Source: Octopus bimaculoides
Lineage: Eukaryota
NCBI RefSeq assembly: GCF_001194135.2
Contig: NC_068985.1
Coordinates: 23,208,191 to 23,272,190 of the forward strand
Direction of reading: 5' to 3'
DNA: 64,000 nt
The notes below the pieces were generated by a model, which saw nothing but the letters and a program-made list of their open reading frames with translations, ran no database searches and was not told the DNA's origin. Positions 24,796 to 37,175 of the stretch are shown piece after piece. The translations under genes and the position numbers were made by a program. The first letter of the stretch is position 1; the number at the start of each line of letters is the position of its first letter.

Positions 24796-25226
24796 AATAG
24801 GGATGACTACTAAGTGGACATCTATTATGCTAGAAGTAGATCACCTATGATCTGACTACTAAGAAAAGATTGCTCTCAAGAAAATTCAGCAAACACCAGA
24901 ACATAAGCAAGCAAGACAATTGAAAATATACATAATATAAAGAATTAATCATAGACCGGTTTTGCTATTAATGAAAATTACTTACGTAATAGTCCGTAGC
25001 TCATCAGTACAATCGTTCTTTTCAATATAATTTGCAGAACTATACACAAGACGTCCGCATAAAATTAGACATGTATATAGTTCTACCAATTACATTGGGG
25101 TTATATTTCAAATGTCTTCGTTTTGGCGGAGATAATTCACTGCAGTGAATTTTGCCGGTTAGGGAACAAATTTATTTAAAATTTAATATTCAATTTGTCA
25201 CCCTTATTATTTAAATTTTATATATA

Positions 25227-26514
25227 CGAGGGGGTGTCTGAAAAGTCTTGAGCCTCCAAAAAATAAAACATGGTACAAGACTTCTGATGATTTATTTTTC
25301 AACATAGTCCCCCTTGATGGCTGAACACTTTCTCCAGCGGTGCTGAAGCGCCATTATCCTGGCGTAGAAGAACTCTTTTGTTTGGGACTCCAAGAAACTT
25401 CCTACAGCATTTATGACGTCATTTTCACTGGCAAAATGGCGACCAGCCAGGGCTTTTTTCATTTTTGGTAATAGATGAAAGTCAGAGGGGGCGAATAAGG
25501 TGGATGGGGAACAAGTTTGTATCCACAATCACGAATTGTTGCCATGGCAACCACTGAGGTGTGGGCGGGAGCATTGTCGTGATGGAAAAGGACTCCTCTG
25601 GTGAGCATTCCTGGCCTTTTTTCTTTGATTGCTTCTCGGAGGCATTTCAGTAGTTGGGAATAATACATCCCTGTCGCGGTGTGACCCTTTTCAAGGTAAT
25701 CGATCAGCAAGACACCTTGAGAATCCCAAAAAAAATGGACGCCATGACCTTGCCAGCTGAAGGAATGACCCTGGCCTTCTTTGGGGTAAGGGATGATGTG
25801 TGCTTCCACTGCTTTGATTGTTCTTTGGTTTCAGGCTGGTAGTGATGGACCCAACTTTTGTCCATAGTAATGAAACGAACAAGAAAATTTTCTTCATCAG
25901 CTTCAAACAGTTCCAGATTACTCATGGACAAAGTGCACCTGGTGCATTTCTGTTCAGGAGTCAAAATTCAAGGGACCCGCCTTGCAAAAACCTTTGAGAA
26001 CCCAAGTTCTTTTGTCACAATTTTGTCTGCTCATTCAGTTGAGATGCTCAGTCTCTCGGCTATCTGACGTCATGATATTCGTCGATCTCGCAATATCATA
26101 CCAAGAGGAAGGTCAAGATGGTCCTTGGTGGTTGCAGTTGGAGGTCTCCCTGGTTTGAGATCATCTTCCACACTCTCCCTGCCACGCTTGAATTCATTTA
26201 CCCAGCGTTTTGACTGTTGCATATGAAGGAGCATTGTCTGTTAAGGTACTCACCATATCTTCATGGATTTCTGATGGAGTCATGCCTTTCAAATGAAGGT
26301 AATTTATGACAACGCGATACTCAGTTTCTCTAGTTTCCTTGTAAACTCGAAGCTTGTTTATTCAAAAATCTGCAACAACAAAAGAATTAAAATATCAGAA
26401 TCATGAAAATGAGCAAGAATACTCTGAAAAGACTGCACTTACCAGAAAAAATTGTTTCAGCTATATAGCAGCCCCGTTTCTAGGTTAGGCTCAAAACTTT
26501 TCATACACCCCTTG
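25227..26514 (-). mobile_element. Full-length decayed mariner (irritans-like) in RRP7A intron 3
   Basis: ~28-bp TIRs (CGAGGGGGTGTCTGAAAAGTCTTGAGCCT / CAAGGGGTGTATGAAAAGTTTTGAGCCT), TA TSDs, 1288 bp; transposase motifs WVHHY, FHHDNAPAH, PHPPYSP, PSDFHL; frameshifts. Confidence 0.95.
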
Positions 26515-26905
26515 TAGGTTTGCACCTCAAGAGCCAATGTTATCTTCAGATCAAATGCTTGCAACAGAAAATTACACTCAAATGCCATGTAATGATATTG
26601 TATATCACCGATAGCGGTTATGTTTCTTCACTTTAAGCACATTTGTCATATTATTTCACTAGAATAGTTGTATCTGTAGACTAAAGAATGTAGCTTGCAG
26701 AGGTCACTTGCCTTTGATAGTCCGAGTACTTCTGAATCCAAGAAGTTCCTTGATTGGCTCCTGGGTAGGCCCCTACCCCCACTGCTGTATGTCTCATCTC
26801 AGTCGATTTGTATACTGTTGTTTTTCATGACTGATTTTTTATAATTGTGTTAAAAATATACATTTTATCAGTTGCTTTATCTATTTATTTGTTTACTTTC
26901 TTTAG

Positions 26906-27035
26906 TGTTACAAAGTGGCATATGTTGTCTTCCAAAATGAAAACTGTGTGACAAAAGCTATGAAGATATTTAAAGATAATGTGGGAATCTTAATAAAAGA
27001 AAAGGAATACCTTACACAGAACACTGGAGTTAAAA
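26906..27035 (+). CDS. RRP7A: RRP7A exon 4 (CYKVAYVVFQ...NTGVK+A)
   Basis: tttctttag acceptor; gtatgc donor; YKVAYVVF matches the conserved FQVAYVVF motif. Confidence 0.95.
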
Positions 27036-27704
27036 GTATGCTTTGCTTTTCTTTATTGATTTACTTTCTCCTGAATTTTTTGTGAAATATTTATTCATCA
27101 TAACCAAATTAATTGGAAATTTTTTAAATTGTTTAATTTGTTATAGTGACTTTGTGGGTGTGTCGTTAAGAAGTTTGCTTGTAACTGCTGCAACCACCAT
27201 CTGAATCTTCAATCATCTTATAGTAGACTGAATTGCAAAATAGATGAAATTTGCATTGTTTGTCTCGTTTAACCCCACAGAGTAAGCCACTACTGCAGGG
27301 GTCGGTGAACCAGAGTAAATTACCCCAAGTGGGGTAAAAATGAAATTTTGGCGGGTAATGAGGACTCATTAGACATAAGTAAAATTATATTTTACAAAAC
27401 AAATGTGTTCCTTCTTACGTCAGAAATTTTTCTTCTGGCAATACTGCCTTTATCCAGTGTAATGGACATGTAAACAGATTCAATAAACCTTCTGAATTCA
27501 AAGAATCTATGATCTCCTTCCTTTCAAATCAAGGGAGTAACATCAGCATAAATATATTTGGGGTAATTGGTTAAAAAAAGTTCCCTGACCCATGCACTAT
27601 AGCAAAATGTATGTCACAGTCCTAGAACAGCATGAAATAACAACAAGCTATGGTGCATGATCTTCTTTTTAAACATGTAATTGCTTTCATCTGTGTTATG
27701 GATC

Positions 27705-29620
27705 AGTGGGTTGTACAGTTCTCACTAACCACTCATCTATCCCTAGTTTCCTCATTGACCACCAGATAAAGGATTGGGGGACCCTGTCAAAGGCTTTCTC
27801 CTGCAGCTATCTTACCAGAAATATAGCATCAATAGTGCTTTTTCCTGGCACAAACCCAAACTGCATCTCATCTAGACTGACTCTCTCCCTAATTAGTTGA
27901 GCTATGACCCTCTCCATGACTTTCATCTCCTGATCCAACAACTTGATACCTCTGTAATTATTCGTATCTAATGCATCACCTTTACCTTTGTAGCAGTTGA
28001 CTATGGTGCTGCTACACCAGTCATTGGGTATGACTCCTTCATGTATCACCTGGTTAACAATACGGGTGACTAGGCTATAGCCGACATCGCCAGAAATTTT
28101 AAGCATCTCTGCGGGGATTCCTGATGGGCTGAGGAGCTTTTCCTGTCTTCATACTCTTAATTACTTTATCTACCAAAGTATTGTCAATTCGGATAGCTTG
28201 TCCTTCTGTTGGGTCAACATCTGGCAGACTCTTACTCCCATTCATTCTCTTCATTTAGCAACCTTTCATAGTGGCATCTCCAAGTCTCTCTCTCCTTGCA
28301 ACCTCATTAAATGCAAGTGAGCCATCATCCATGCAGACACATTTCTCTCCTATGACATCACAATTCTCTCTCAGTCACTGTCTTGCAACACAAAACACTT
28401 CAAGCCTTTGGTCCTCATGATGTAGAACATTGTCAAATTTTTTCTTATCTGCTTCCCCTCTGGCTAAGTAAATCTGTCTCCTAGCATCCCTTCTGACAAT
28501 CTGATATAATTCCCTGCTACCACCATTCTTCCAGTCGTTCCATGCCTGTTTCTTGTCCCTAATGGCCCCTATCAACTACATTATTCCACCACCACGTTAT
28601 CTTGGTTCGAGAGGGGACTTTGCACCATCCACAGTTCTGGTCAGTAGCCCTCAACAGGTTGTCTTGTAGAAACCTCCAGTTGTCTTCCACATCATATGAT
28701 GCTATATCCTCCTCTCTTTTGTCAAAAGCTTTGAGTAATGCGCCTCTAAATCTCTGTCCATTTGCAAGATCATTAAGCTTCCAGACCCTTCTTCTCCATG
28801 CTGATCATCTTCTGGGCACCCTTTTAGTTCTGATCCTGAAGTCGCTAACTACTAATCTATGTTGTGGAGTGCATTCTTCACCTGGGAAGGTTTTGGCATT
28901 TATAAGTAGCCATCTTTCCCATTTCCTGGTGAGGATGTAATCAATTTGACTAGTGTGTCCACCAGATTGGTAGGTGAATAAATAGATAACTGGCAGGTTT
29001 CCTGAAGTTAGTATTACAAACCATAAGATCATTTGCATCGCAGAACTTTAGCAGCATGGTTCCCTCCTCTTTGCTGGAACTAAAACCATAACCTACATGT
29101 ACGCCATGGAAGCCCACTGCATGTTTGTCACCAGCAACAAAGAGAAGATCCCTGTCATTTATCAATGAGGTAGTCTGCAAGGTGTCATAAAATTGGTCTT
29201 TCTGTCCATCAGGTAGCTCCAGCTGAGGGATATATGCCAAGATAATGGTTGCTAACCCATGTTGCAGCACTAATCTAATCATAAGTATTCTATCACAGAC
29301 TCTGACTACCTTGATTACCTTATCAACCCATTTCTCTGCAAGAAGTATACTCACGCTCCCGACCCCGTCAGTGTTCCCTGCCCAGAAAATTTTGTACCTA
29401 TGTTCTTTGCCTGTGAGGAACTTAGCAGAACTTCCACTCCATCTTACTTCTTGGATGCTGCACAAATCTACATGTCTCTGTTCAAACATCTCAACAATCT
29501 CACCAGACCTACCTTTCAGTGTGCCAACCCTGAGGGTGTGGGAAGTGTGGGCTCATGAGACCCTGGGATGGGGGACAGCAGTGTCATGTACCTAAAAAGA
29601 AAGCTTGCATTTGACAGAAC
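27705..29620 (-). mobile_element. RTE-like LINE 5' half (AP endonuclease + start of RT), decayed
   Basis: IQEVRW, DRIL, SQIDYIL, NYRGIKLLD, QFGF, KAFDRVP motifs on the - strand. Confidence 0.92.
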
Positions 29621-29879
29621 TCATAAACATACAATAGCCTTCAACCTGCATACACTACACTATCATTTTTATGCACTACATGATCACTACTTTACATAGG
29701 AGATAAAGCCTAAGTAGGGATGGGGGTACATTAAGCCTTTGGAGGTGTTCATGGGAGAGATATCTGATAGACGTCAGAGGATAGAGACTTCCAGTACACG
29801 TAGTGGAGGTGAGAAGGACGGGCACACCGCAAAACAGCAAAACATTACTGCTTTTGGTATGTATATATGTGCATGTGTT

Positions 29880-30208
29880 GGTAACTGGCACTCTGTCAGT
29901 CACGATGGTGAGAGTGCCAGTTGATCCAATCAATGGAGCAGCATGCTCGTGAAATTTAAATACAAGTGGCTGAGCATGCCACAAATACGCATACCCTCAA
30001 CATAGTTCTCAGGGCGATTCAGTGTGACACAAAACTTGACAAGGCCGATCCTTTGAAATACTGGTACAGCACATTTTTGCCAGCAGAGTGGACTGGAGCA
30101 ACTTGAAATAAAATGTCTTCCTCAAGGACACCACACACTACCAGGTATTGAACTCACAGGCTTACAATCATGAGCCAAATAGCCTAACCACTGAGCCATG
30201 CACCTTCA
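29880..30208 (-). mobile_element. tRNA-derived SINE sharing the family A 3' module
   Basis: A box tggctcagtggttagg, B box gagttcaatacc; 3' module cttgtca...gagaacta...ctcagccacttg...gatcaactgg. Confidence 0.8.
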
Positions 30209-30394
30209 AATGTGTGTTGATATAATAAAGATGAATATGTAAATATTTATGCAGTTTTGTGAATGTATGTCTGATTAATAGTTTCTTGTGAATGTTTCTT
30301 CAGGTCAACCTGATTTTATAAAATCATCTATTTTGCTGAATATGCATATATTACTCATAAGTATATTTATAATTGAATCTTTGTTTACATTCAG

Positions 30395-30492
30395 AGTGGT
30401 GCAAAGATTATGCTGGCAATAGTGAAAACACTGATGTGGTGAAGAAAGAATTGAATGATTATTTTAAAGAGTATGATGAAAAACAGGAATTG
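30395..30492 (+). CDS. RRP7A: RRP7A exon 5 (KWCKDYAG...YFKEYDEKQEL)
   Basis: cattcag acceptor; gtaatt donor; phase 1-0; KW..DY and F..YD motifs of Rrp7. Confidence 0.93.
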
Positions 30493-30891
30493 GTAATTTT
30501 TTGGATCTTTTTTCCATCAAAAACATGAAATGTTACTTCTAATTTGGGAAGGGATCATTTCACAATTTAATGCTTCTCAGAAGGGAAAGTTTCATGTAGC
30601 ATTTGGCTCTGAATGTGACAGAGAGAGACTTGTTATGGGTGATATGGATGTGTGATAAAATGGCGACTGAATCAGATGTCTTGAAGTGAGGTTAAGACAC
30701 TATCAACATCATCGTTTAACGTCCGCTTTCCATGCTAGCATGGGTTGGACGATTTGACTGAGGACTGGTGAAACTCGATGGCTACACCAGGCTCCAATCT
30801 GATTTGGCAGAGTTTCTACAGCTGGATGCCCTTCCTAACACCAACCACTCCGAGAGTGTAGTGGGTGCTTTTATGTGTCACCGCCAACAGT

Positions 30892-31121
30892 TTAAAACCT
30901 TTTTGTTACCATATTTCTGTCGAAATACACTAGCTTTGTTTTAATTCATTTTGAAAATATTAAAGAAATCAATAAAATAACTATCACATTAGCTGGTGTT
31001 TGATACATAAATTAACAAGAAATTTTGATATAAGCTTTTAAATCTAGATCACTTTAAAAAATGGAGATTTGTATCACAGAACCAGGGGCAGTCTCAGACA
31101 TGTTGGCATCAGAAGGGTTAA
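30892..31121. mobile_element. piggyBac-type MITE family 1
   Basis: TTAA.ACCTTTTTG ... GAAGGGTTAA ends. Confidence 0.55.
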
Positions 31122-32364
31122 AGATGTGAAGAATAAAAAAAAAAGATTACAATGAGATGTGAAAGTGAATATGCTGCCTCTAAGCTATTGGATTCAATAA
31201 ATCTTTCAATCACTAGACTACATTATGACAACTAGGACTGAGCATATTCTTTCCTTGCATCAAAAACAATATCATCATCATCATCATCGTTTAACGTCCG
31301 CTTTCCATGCTAGCATGGGTTGGACGATTTGACTGAGGACTGGTGAACCAGATGGTTACACCAGGCTCCAATCTGATTTGGCAAAGTTTCTACAGCTAGA
31401 TGCCCTTCCTAATGCCAACCACTCCAAGAGTGTAGTGGGTGCTTTTACGTGCCACTGGCACGAAGGCCAGTCATCTCTATGAATATTTACTCTTGAGTTA
31501 TGGAAATATATCCCAGGTTCAAGAAGTACAGTTTTCTCTTATTTTCTCAACTACTGATGATAACCTACTATTTCACATCATCCCTCTGTAACATGATGGG
31601 ATGGCCATAAACAGTTACATCCTACACCAACATGAATCTCTTTTTCTCTTTGAAAACTACCAGTGCAGACTCCATAGAGTCTAAATCCATTGAAGACATC
31701 TTTATTGATATAACACATCTGTAGTCTCTCTTTTCTAAATGTTGTCAAACATGAGAATCTTCTTATGAACTAACTTGGATGTTGCTTTTACAAGAAGCCA
31801 GGTCACACTGTGACACTCAGTATTAGTGAAAAAAAACACTCTGGTGTACAGCACAACTCACTCTTCCCTAAGTTGAACATAATTACTCGTATTATTTGAC
31901 TGAAATATTTGTTGAGTTCTACCCCAAGAAAATTGTTGAGAGTGTCTCCACATGATTGCTCAATCTGTTACAAATGAAAGCCTAAATCTCTCTCTCTAGT
32001 CACACCCTACCATCTTTAAAAAGAGGACACTGCTGAATAAGTATTCTGCTAGAAACATTGTGTTTAAAACAAATGAAGATATGATAGTCACAGATCTGCT
32101 TGAGCAGAGATTTTCAAAAGCCAAACAACAACAATAGAGGATCTTAACCTCTATTCTCTCTCTCTCTCTCTCAAAATGCACTTTTATATGGCTGTTCTTG
32201 CACTTTAGCCCAGACAATCTTTCTTCAGTTTATAAACTTAAAATACTCTTTTTTGTCTTGTTTGTGTACTAAAACCTATTACGGCTGAAACATGTAGGCT
32301 ACAGACTGACTGATTGCTTGTTGTAATGGCAAATTTAACAAATACCTTTTTTTTTTTTTGTCAG

Positions 32365-32508
32365 GAAAAGCAGAAATTAAAACGGAAAACAGAAGACACT
32401 GATGCAGAAGGCTGGATGAAGGTCACAAAGCTGTCTAAAGTAAAAGCTAATCAACCGAAGGTTTCAAGATACATCAAAAGAAAACAAAAGAAGAAAAGAA
32501 CTGAAGCG
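32365..32508 (+). CDS. RRP7A: RRP7A exon 6 (EKQKLKRKTEDTDAEGWMKVTK...KKRTEA)
   Basis: T-tract + gtcag acceptor; gtaaat donor; DxEGWxKVT motif of the Rrp7 C-terminal domain. Confidence 0.95.
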
Positions 32509-33074
32509 GTAAATATATATTCATTTAATGTAAAAATTCATTGTCATTTCTATCTATAATCATTTAATATCTGTTTTGTAAGGTTGGCTTTACTTGGATG
32601 AATTTGTAGAAGGGCTTCTCTCCCTCTTCATTTTTGTCGTTTTGTGTCTTTTGGCAACCTAATATCATTTTGGGAATAGACATGCTCAGGAAATAGGTTT
32701 AACAGAATTTAGGTGTAGTGACTGGAAATTGATTGTTTAAGCAATCCAAGTGTATTGGTATAAACAATTATGTTGTGAACCATTGAAAATCATGGACTGT
32801 TTGAATCATACATTGAGGCAGGAAATAAATTCTTTTACTATCTAATAAGTGTTGAATGCACAGCTAATATGGATAGTGTTTAAGGTGTAGAGTGAATTGA
32901 AAACGAGAACTTAGTGAATGTAATGGACTCGTAGCAGTTAGACGGGTATTGAGAATAACTGCATAAATATCGAATAACTGACAAATACAATATTTTTCTC
33001 TCATATCTAAAATATAACCTGGCAAAATAAAACATGAACTGATTACTATGTAGTTAGTGCTTAGCACAAAAATA

Positions 33075-34349
33075 TCAGGTTATCCCATAAGTTCTGTTCG
33101 ATTTCACCTTTTTTAAAATTGAATGAAATTTAATAGTATTTTAGAATGTCTAATGGAATTAAAAATTATTTTTATGCATTTGTGTACATTTAAACTAAAT
33201 ATTATTTTACAGAATAATAGAATTAAAATTTCTTTGATTAAAACTCTTTCTAACATGGGAGTATCCAAAGAGCATTTGGCACATAGTGCTTTATGAGTAC
33301 AAAAAAGGAAACTCTGCAGCCAAAATGACTTGAAACATACATTCAGTTTATGGGAAAGAATGCTTGAATGAAAAAACTTGCAGAAGATGGTTTGCAAAAT
33401 TCAGAAGTGGAGATTTCAGCCTTGAAGATCAAACAGGACATCCAGTTGAGTTTGATAAGCTCCTTGAGGCATTACTTCAAAAAAATCCTGCATTATCAGT
33501 TGAAGAATTGGCAATAAAGCTTAGTTCAAACTATACAACTGTTCATCGTCATCTTCAACAACTTGGAAAGGTTCCTAAGCTTGGAAAATGGGTGCCTCAT
33601 AAATTGTCCAAAAGCAACTGCAGATCCCGAGTTGACATCTGCTCTTCTCTCCATTCTCACAAACTCATTTCACCCTTTTGGGATAGACTTGTGACTGGTG
33701 ACAAAAAGTGGATCTTCTGTCGAAATGCTAAACGTCATAAACAGTGGCTTGGTAAAAGGGAAAAGGCTCAACCACAACCGAGAAGGGAACTTCATGGGAA
33801 AAAGATTCTTCTCTCTATCTGGTGGGATTGCAAAGGAGTAATTCACTTTTAATTGTTACCACCTAATGTAACAATCAATGCTCAAGTCTACTGTCAGCAA
33901 TTAGAGCATTTGAGCCAAGCTTTGAACAAAAAAAGACCCACTTTAGTGAATTGAAAAGGAGTGATGTTTCATTAGGACAATGCGTGACCCCACACTGCAA
34001 AGATCACATCACAGAAGATCGAAGAGTTTGGTTGGGAAAAAATTCCTCATCCACCTTATTCTCCCGACCTTGCTCCTTCAAACTACCACTTATTCCGTAG
34101 TTTACAAAATCATTTGGGGGACTTAACTTTCGCAAGCCAGGAGGAAGTCGAAACTGACATTTCAGAGTTCTTCACTTTGAAACCAAAAGAGATTTACATT
34201 GATGGGATGATTAAAAATCTTGTAAATAATGGAAGGAAGTCATAGATAATCAGAGAAAGTACATTGATGATTAAATTTTAATTAAATATAACATTTGATC
34301 ACTTGTTTTCTTTGTTCAAAATTCAGACAGAACTTATGGGATGACCTGA
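33075..34349 (+). mobile_element. Full-length decayed mariner (cecropia/mellifera-like) in RRP7A intron 6
   Basis: ~30-bp TIRs TCAGGT(T/C)ATCCCATAAGTTCTGT, TA TSDs, 1275 bp; WVPHKL, TGDKKW, YSPDLAPS.YHLF motifs; premature stops. Confidence 0.95.
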
Positions 34350-36111
34350 TATAAAAATTATACAGAAGGAACTCTAGTAGACTGACAGGTGATTGGAACT
34401 TTATATGGGCACTATGGGATAAAGTAGCTAACAGAATGAATCAGCTATGATTTAAAAGCTCATAGACTGCTTAGATTTTGTCTTAAGTTTTATTATATGA
34501 GTGATTTAATTAATGCTGAAATTTGAGCTTGTAGTTACATACAGACTATGGTGAAGAACACTGAAAGAGGCTTGAAGAATTACTCTTTCTATTGAAGGCA
34601 GAGGGGTTTCCTGCTTTACAAAAAAAAACAAACAGAATGGTTAGAATTATGATTCTGTTTGTTTTGATTCAATGAAACGGATGGGAATATGTTGATGATA
34701 GTCAAGCACAGTATTAACTTTCAAGGTTTAAGGTTTGGTATAGGTTAGTTACGAAGGAAACTAAATGCATGAGCAAATTCATTCAAGAGATTGTTTTATT
34801 GATATGGGCATGTAATGTGAAGAGATGTTTCATGATGGAGGTGTAATGACAGCAAACTAAAGGTTGGCTAAAAAGTAATTAGACAGGGCTTTAGCAAAAT
34901 TTTCTCAAATGAAATGATGAATGGACTGAAACGTAGGGAGATGATGTATTGCAAGATTATTGAACATGGAAACAGCAGATATTAAAATAATGTTTGATAA
35001 TACTATTGTGATCGTCATCACTATTACATGACATGCTAGTGCACCACCTTTGTATAAAAACATGACAATTTATATGAAAAAAAACTTTCTGATTTTGAAT
35101 TTTTAAATTTCAAATTTTACAAAGTCAAACTATTTAATTTATATTAAAGGTTCATATAGGAAACTGCTTAAACCATTCTTTCAGAACTTTCCACTTACCT
35201 CTTAGTCTCTTTTCTCAAATTGGGTACAGACATGGCTTTTGCCATGAGGGCTAAAACATGACACTCAGACACTGCCCAACAGCTTACTTTACCCTCTTCT
35301 AGTCAATTGGTTCCAAGAAATTACAATCATTTGTTCATATTTTATAAAGAACGGATGATGTATTCAGAATAATTTTCATTAGTAATTTATTAGTAACCAA
35401 GGGAGACTACGCAATAATATTACTGCATTGAATGAAATGGTATAACAGACAAATCTATTTGGTAGATTTGATTTTTTTAGCTAATTTTCAACAGTCAAGG
35501 GCAATAACTTGCAATTATAGTTGGCTCTACTAAGGCATTATTTGTGTAACATGGTCTTTTTCTACATAGTGAACAGATTATTGATTGAAAGGGACTATTT
35601 TAGGCAGTTATTTCTGCAGAGAAGCAAGTCGTTCTGCATTTGGTAAAAGTTAGTTCTTAAAGCTGTTTCCCAAATATTGTGGGGTTCGTTTCTTGCAATT
35701 TTATCTAATTGATTTGTCATGGGCATGTTCATGTGACTCCCTATTCTCTGTTGTGGGTTTCTACTTGTTTCTGTTTTGAACAAATTGTTTCAATGATGAA
35801 ATATTTATTCCACATCAGATTATGTTGTATTTCATCCATAACTAAATAATACAAATTTTATCTCGGATTTATCCATTTTCTACTAAACATTCACACAATG
35901 TAAGGAAGTCACTTATTTTCTGTTGTTTATTTTGTGATACCAAAAAGTATGCAACAAGTTGGAAATTTAAGATTCAGAAGTAATTAATACAAAGAAATGC
36001 ATTGAAGAATTTCCTCTGTTGATTGTGAAAAATTGCTATTGTAAATAATTCTTATGATGTTTATACCCATTTCTTTATTAAAAGTATTCATTTTTTTTAC
36101 TTTCTTTGTAG

Positions 36112-36160
36112 CACTTATTAGATTTTTACACTTTTCAAATGAAAGAAACTCAACAAAATC
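36112..36160 (+). CDS. RRP7A: RRP7A exon 7 (HLLDFYTFQMKETQQN+C)
   Basis: tttctttgtag acceptor; gtaagt donor; LL.FY.FQ motif. Confidence 0.95.
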
Positions 36161-36384
36161 GTAAGTCTTTTAATTTATTCTTTGTCAGTAGCATCTTTTA
36201 TCATCATTGACTCATGCATAAATTCTTTTTTCTTTTTTTGGACTGGACCATTATATTCTTCTGTTTTGTAGCTTTCATTTTTTTAACATTGTTTTCCAAA
36301 GAATTTTATTGAGCCGGCAGAATGTTGACAAGGCATCAAAGATGATGATAAGGTGTGTCTTCTTATCTGACAAAGATGTTTGGC

Positions 36385-36591
36385 TTTAAACTGGTCATAT
36401 CCAGTCCAGATATTCGCCTGTTTTATATTCAAACTGACCAGATTTGGTTTTTTTCCCTTCTACCCTATGATGTCATTCTAAAAATAAACTATCACATTGT
36501 CGAGCTATGTGATAATGCATGATTAAAGTCAAAACAATGTTAGTAAATAAGCATTACATTTCATAGAGTAATTAGAATGCTGATGGGTTAA
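36385..36591. mobile_element. piggyBac-type MITE family 2, degenerate
   Basis: Shares ttcaaactgaccagat / tgtcattctaaaa / gaatgct..gggttaa with 51939-52147. Confidence 0.5.
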
Positions 36592-36803
36592 ATAGTGTAA
36601 TCAGCTACATGTAAATAGACACATGTAAAGAAATACTTTTCTCCAAACAGCAAGAACAGTATATACTTGACGTGCTTCATTAATTTGCAGTTCTGAACCC
36701 ATTACTTTTCACGGGCAAAAACCTCTTCACTAAGTTCAGATGGGAGATAATGCATAGATTTTTAAAAAGTTAGTGGCTTTACCATCAATATCCAGTTATA
36801 ATG

Positions 36804-37175
36804 TTGTTGTTGGCACTCCATCACTTATGATGACGAGGGTTCCAGTTGATCCGATCAATGGAACAGCCTGCTCGTGAAATTAACGCGCAAGTGGCTGAGC
36901 ACTCCACAGACACATGTACCCTTAATGTAGTTCTCGGGGATATTCAACGTGACACAGTGTGACAAGGCTGACCTTTTGAATTACAGGTACAACAGAAACA
37001 GGAAGTAAGAGTGAGAGAAAGTTGTGGTGGAAGAGTACAGCAGGGTTCGCCACCATCCCCTGCCAGAGCCTCGCAGAGCTTTAGGTGTTTTCGCTCAATA
37101 AACACACACAACGCCCGGTCTGGGAATCTAAACCGCGAGTCCGCTGCCCTAACCACTGGGCCATTGCGCCTCCAC
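36804..37175 (-). mobile_element. tRNA-derived SINE family A
   Basis: Roughly 90% similar by eye to 18898-19264; (CAA)n tail; 13-bp TSD TCCA(G/A)TTATAATG. Confidence 0.92.
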
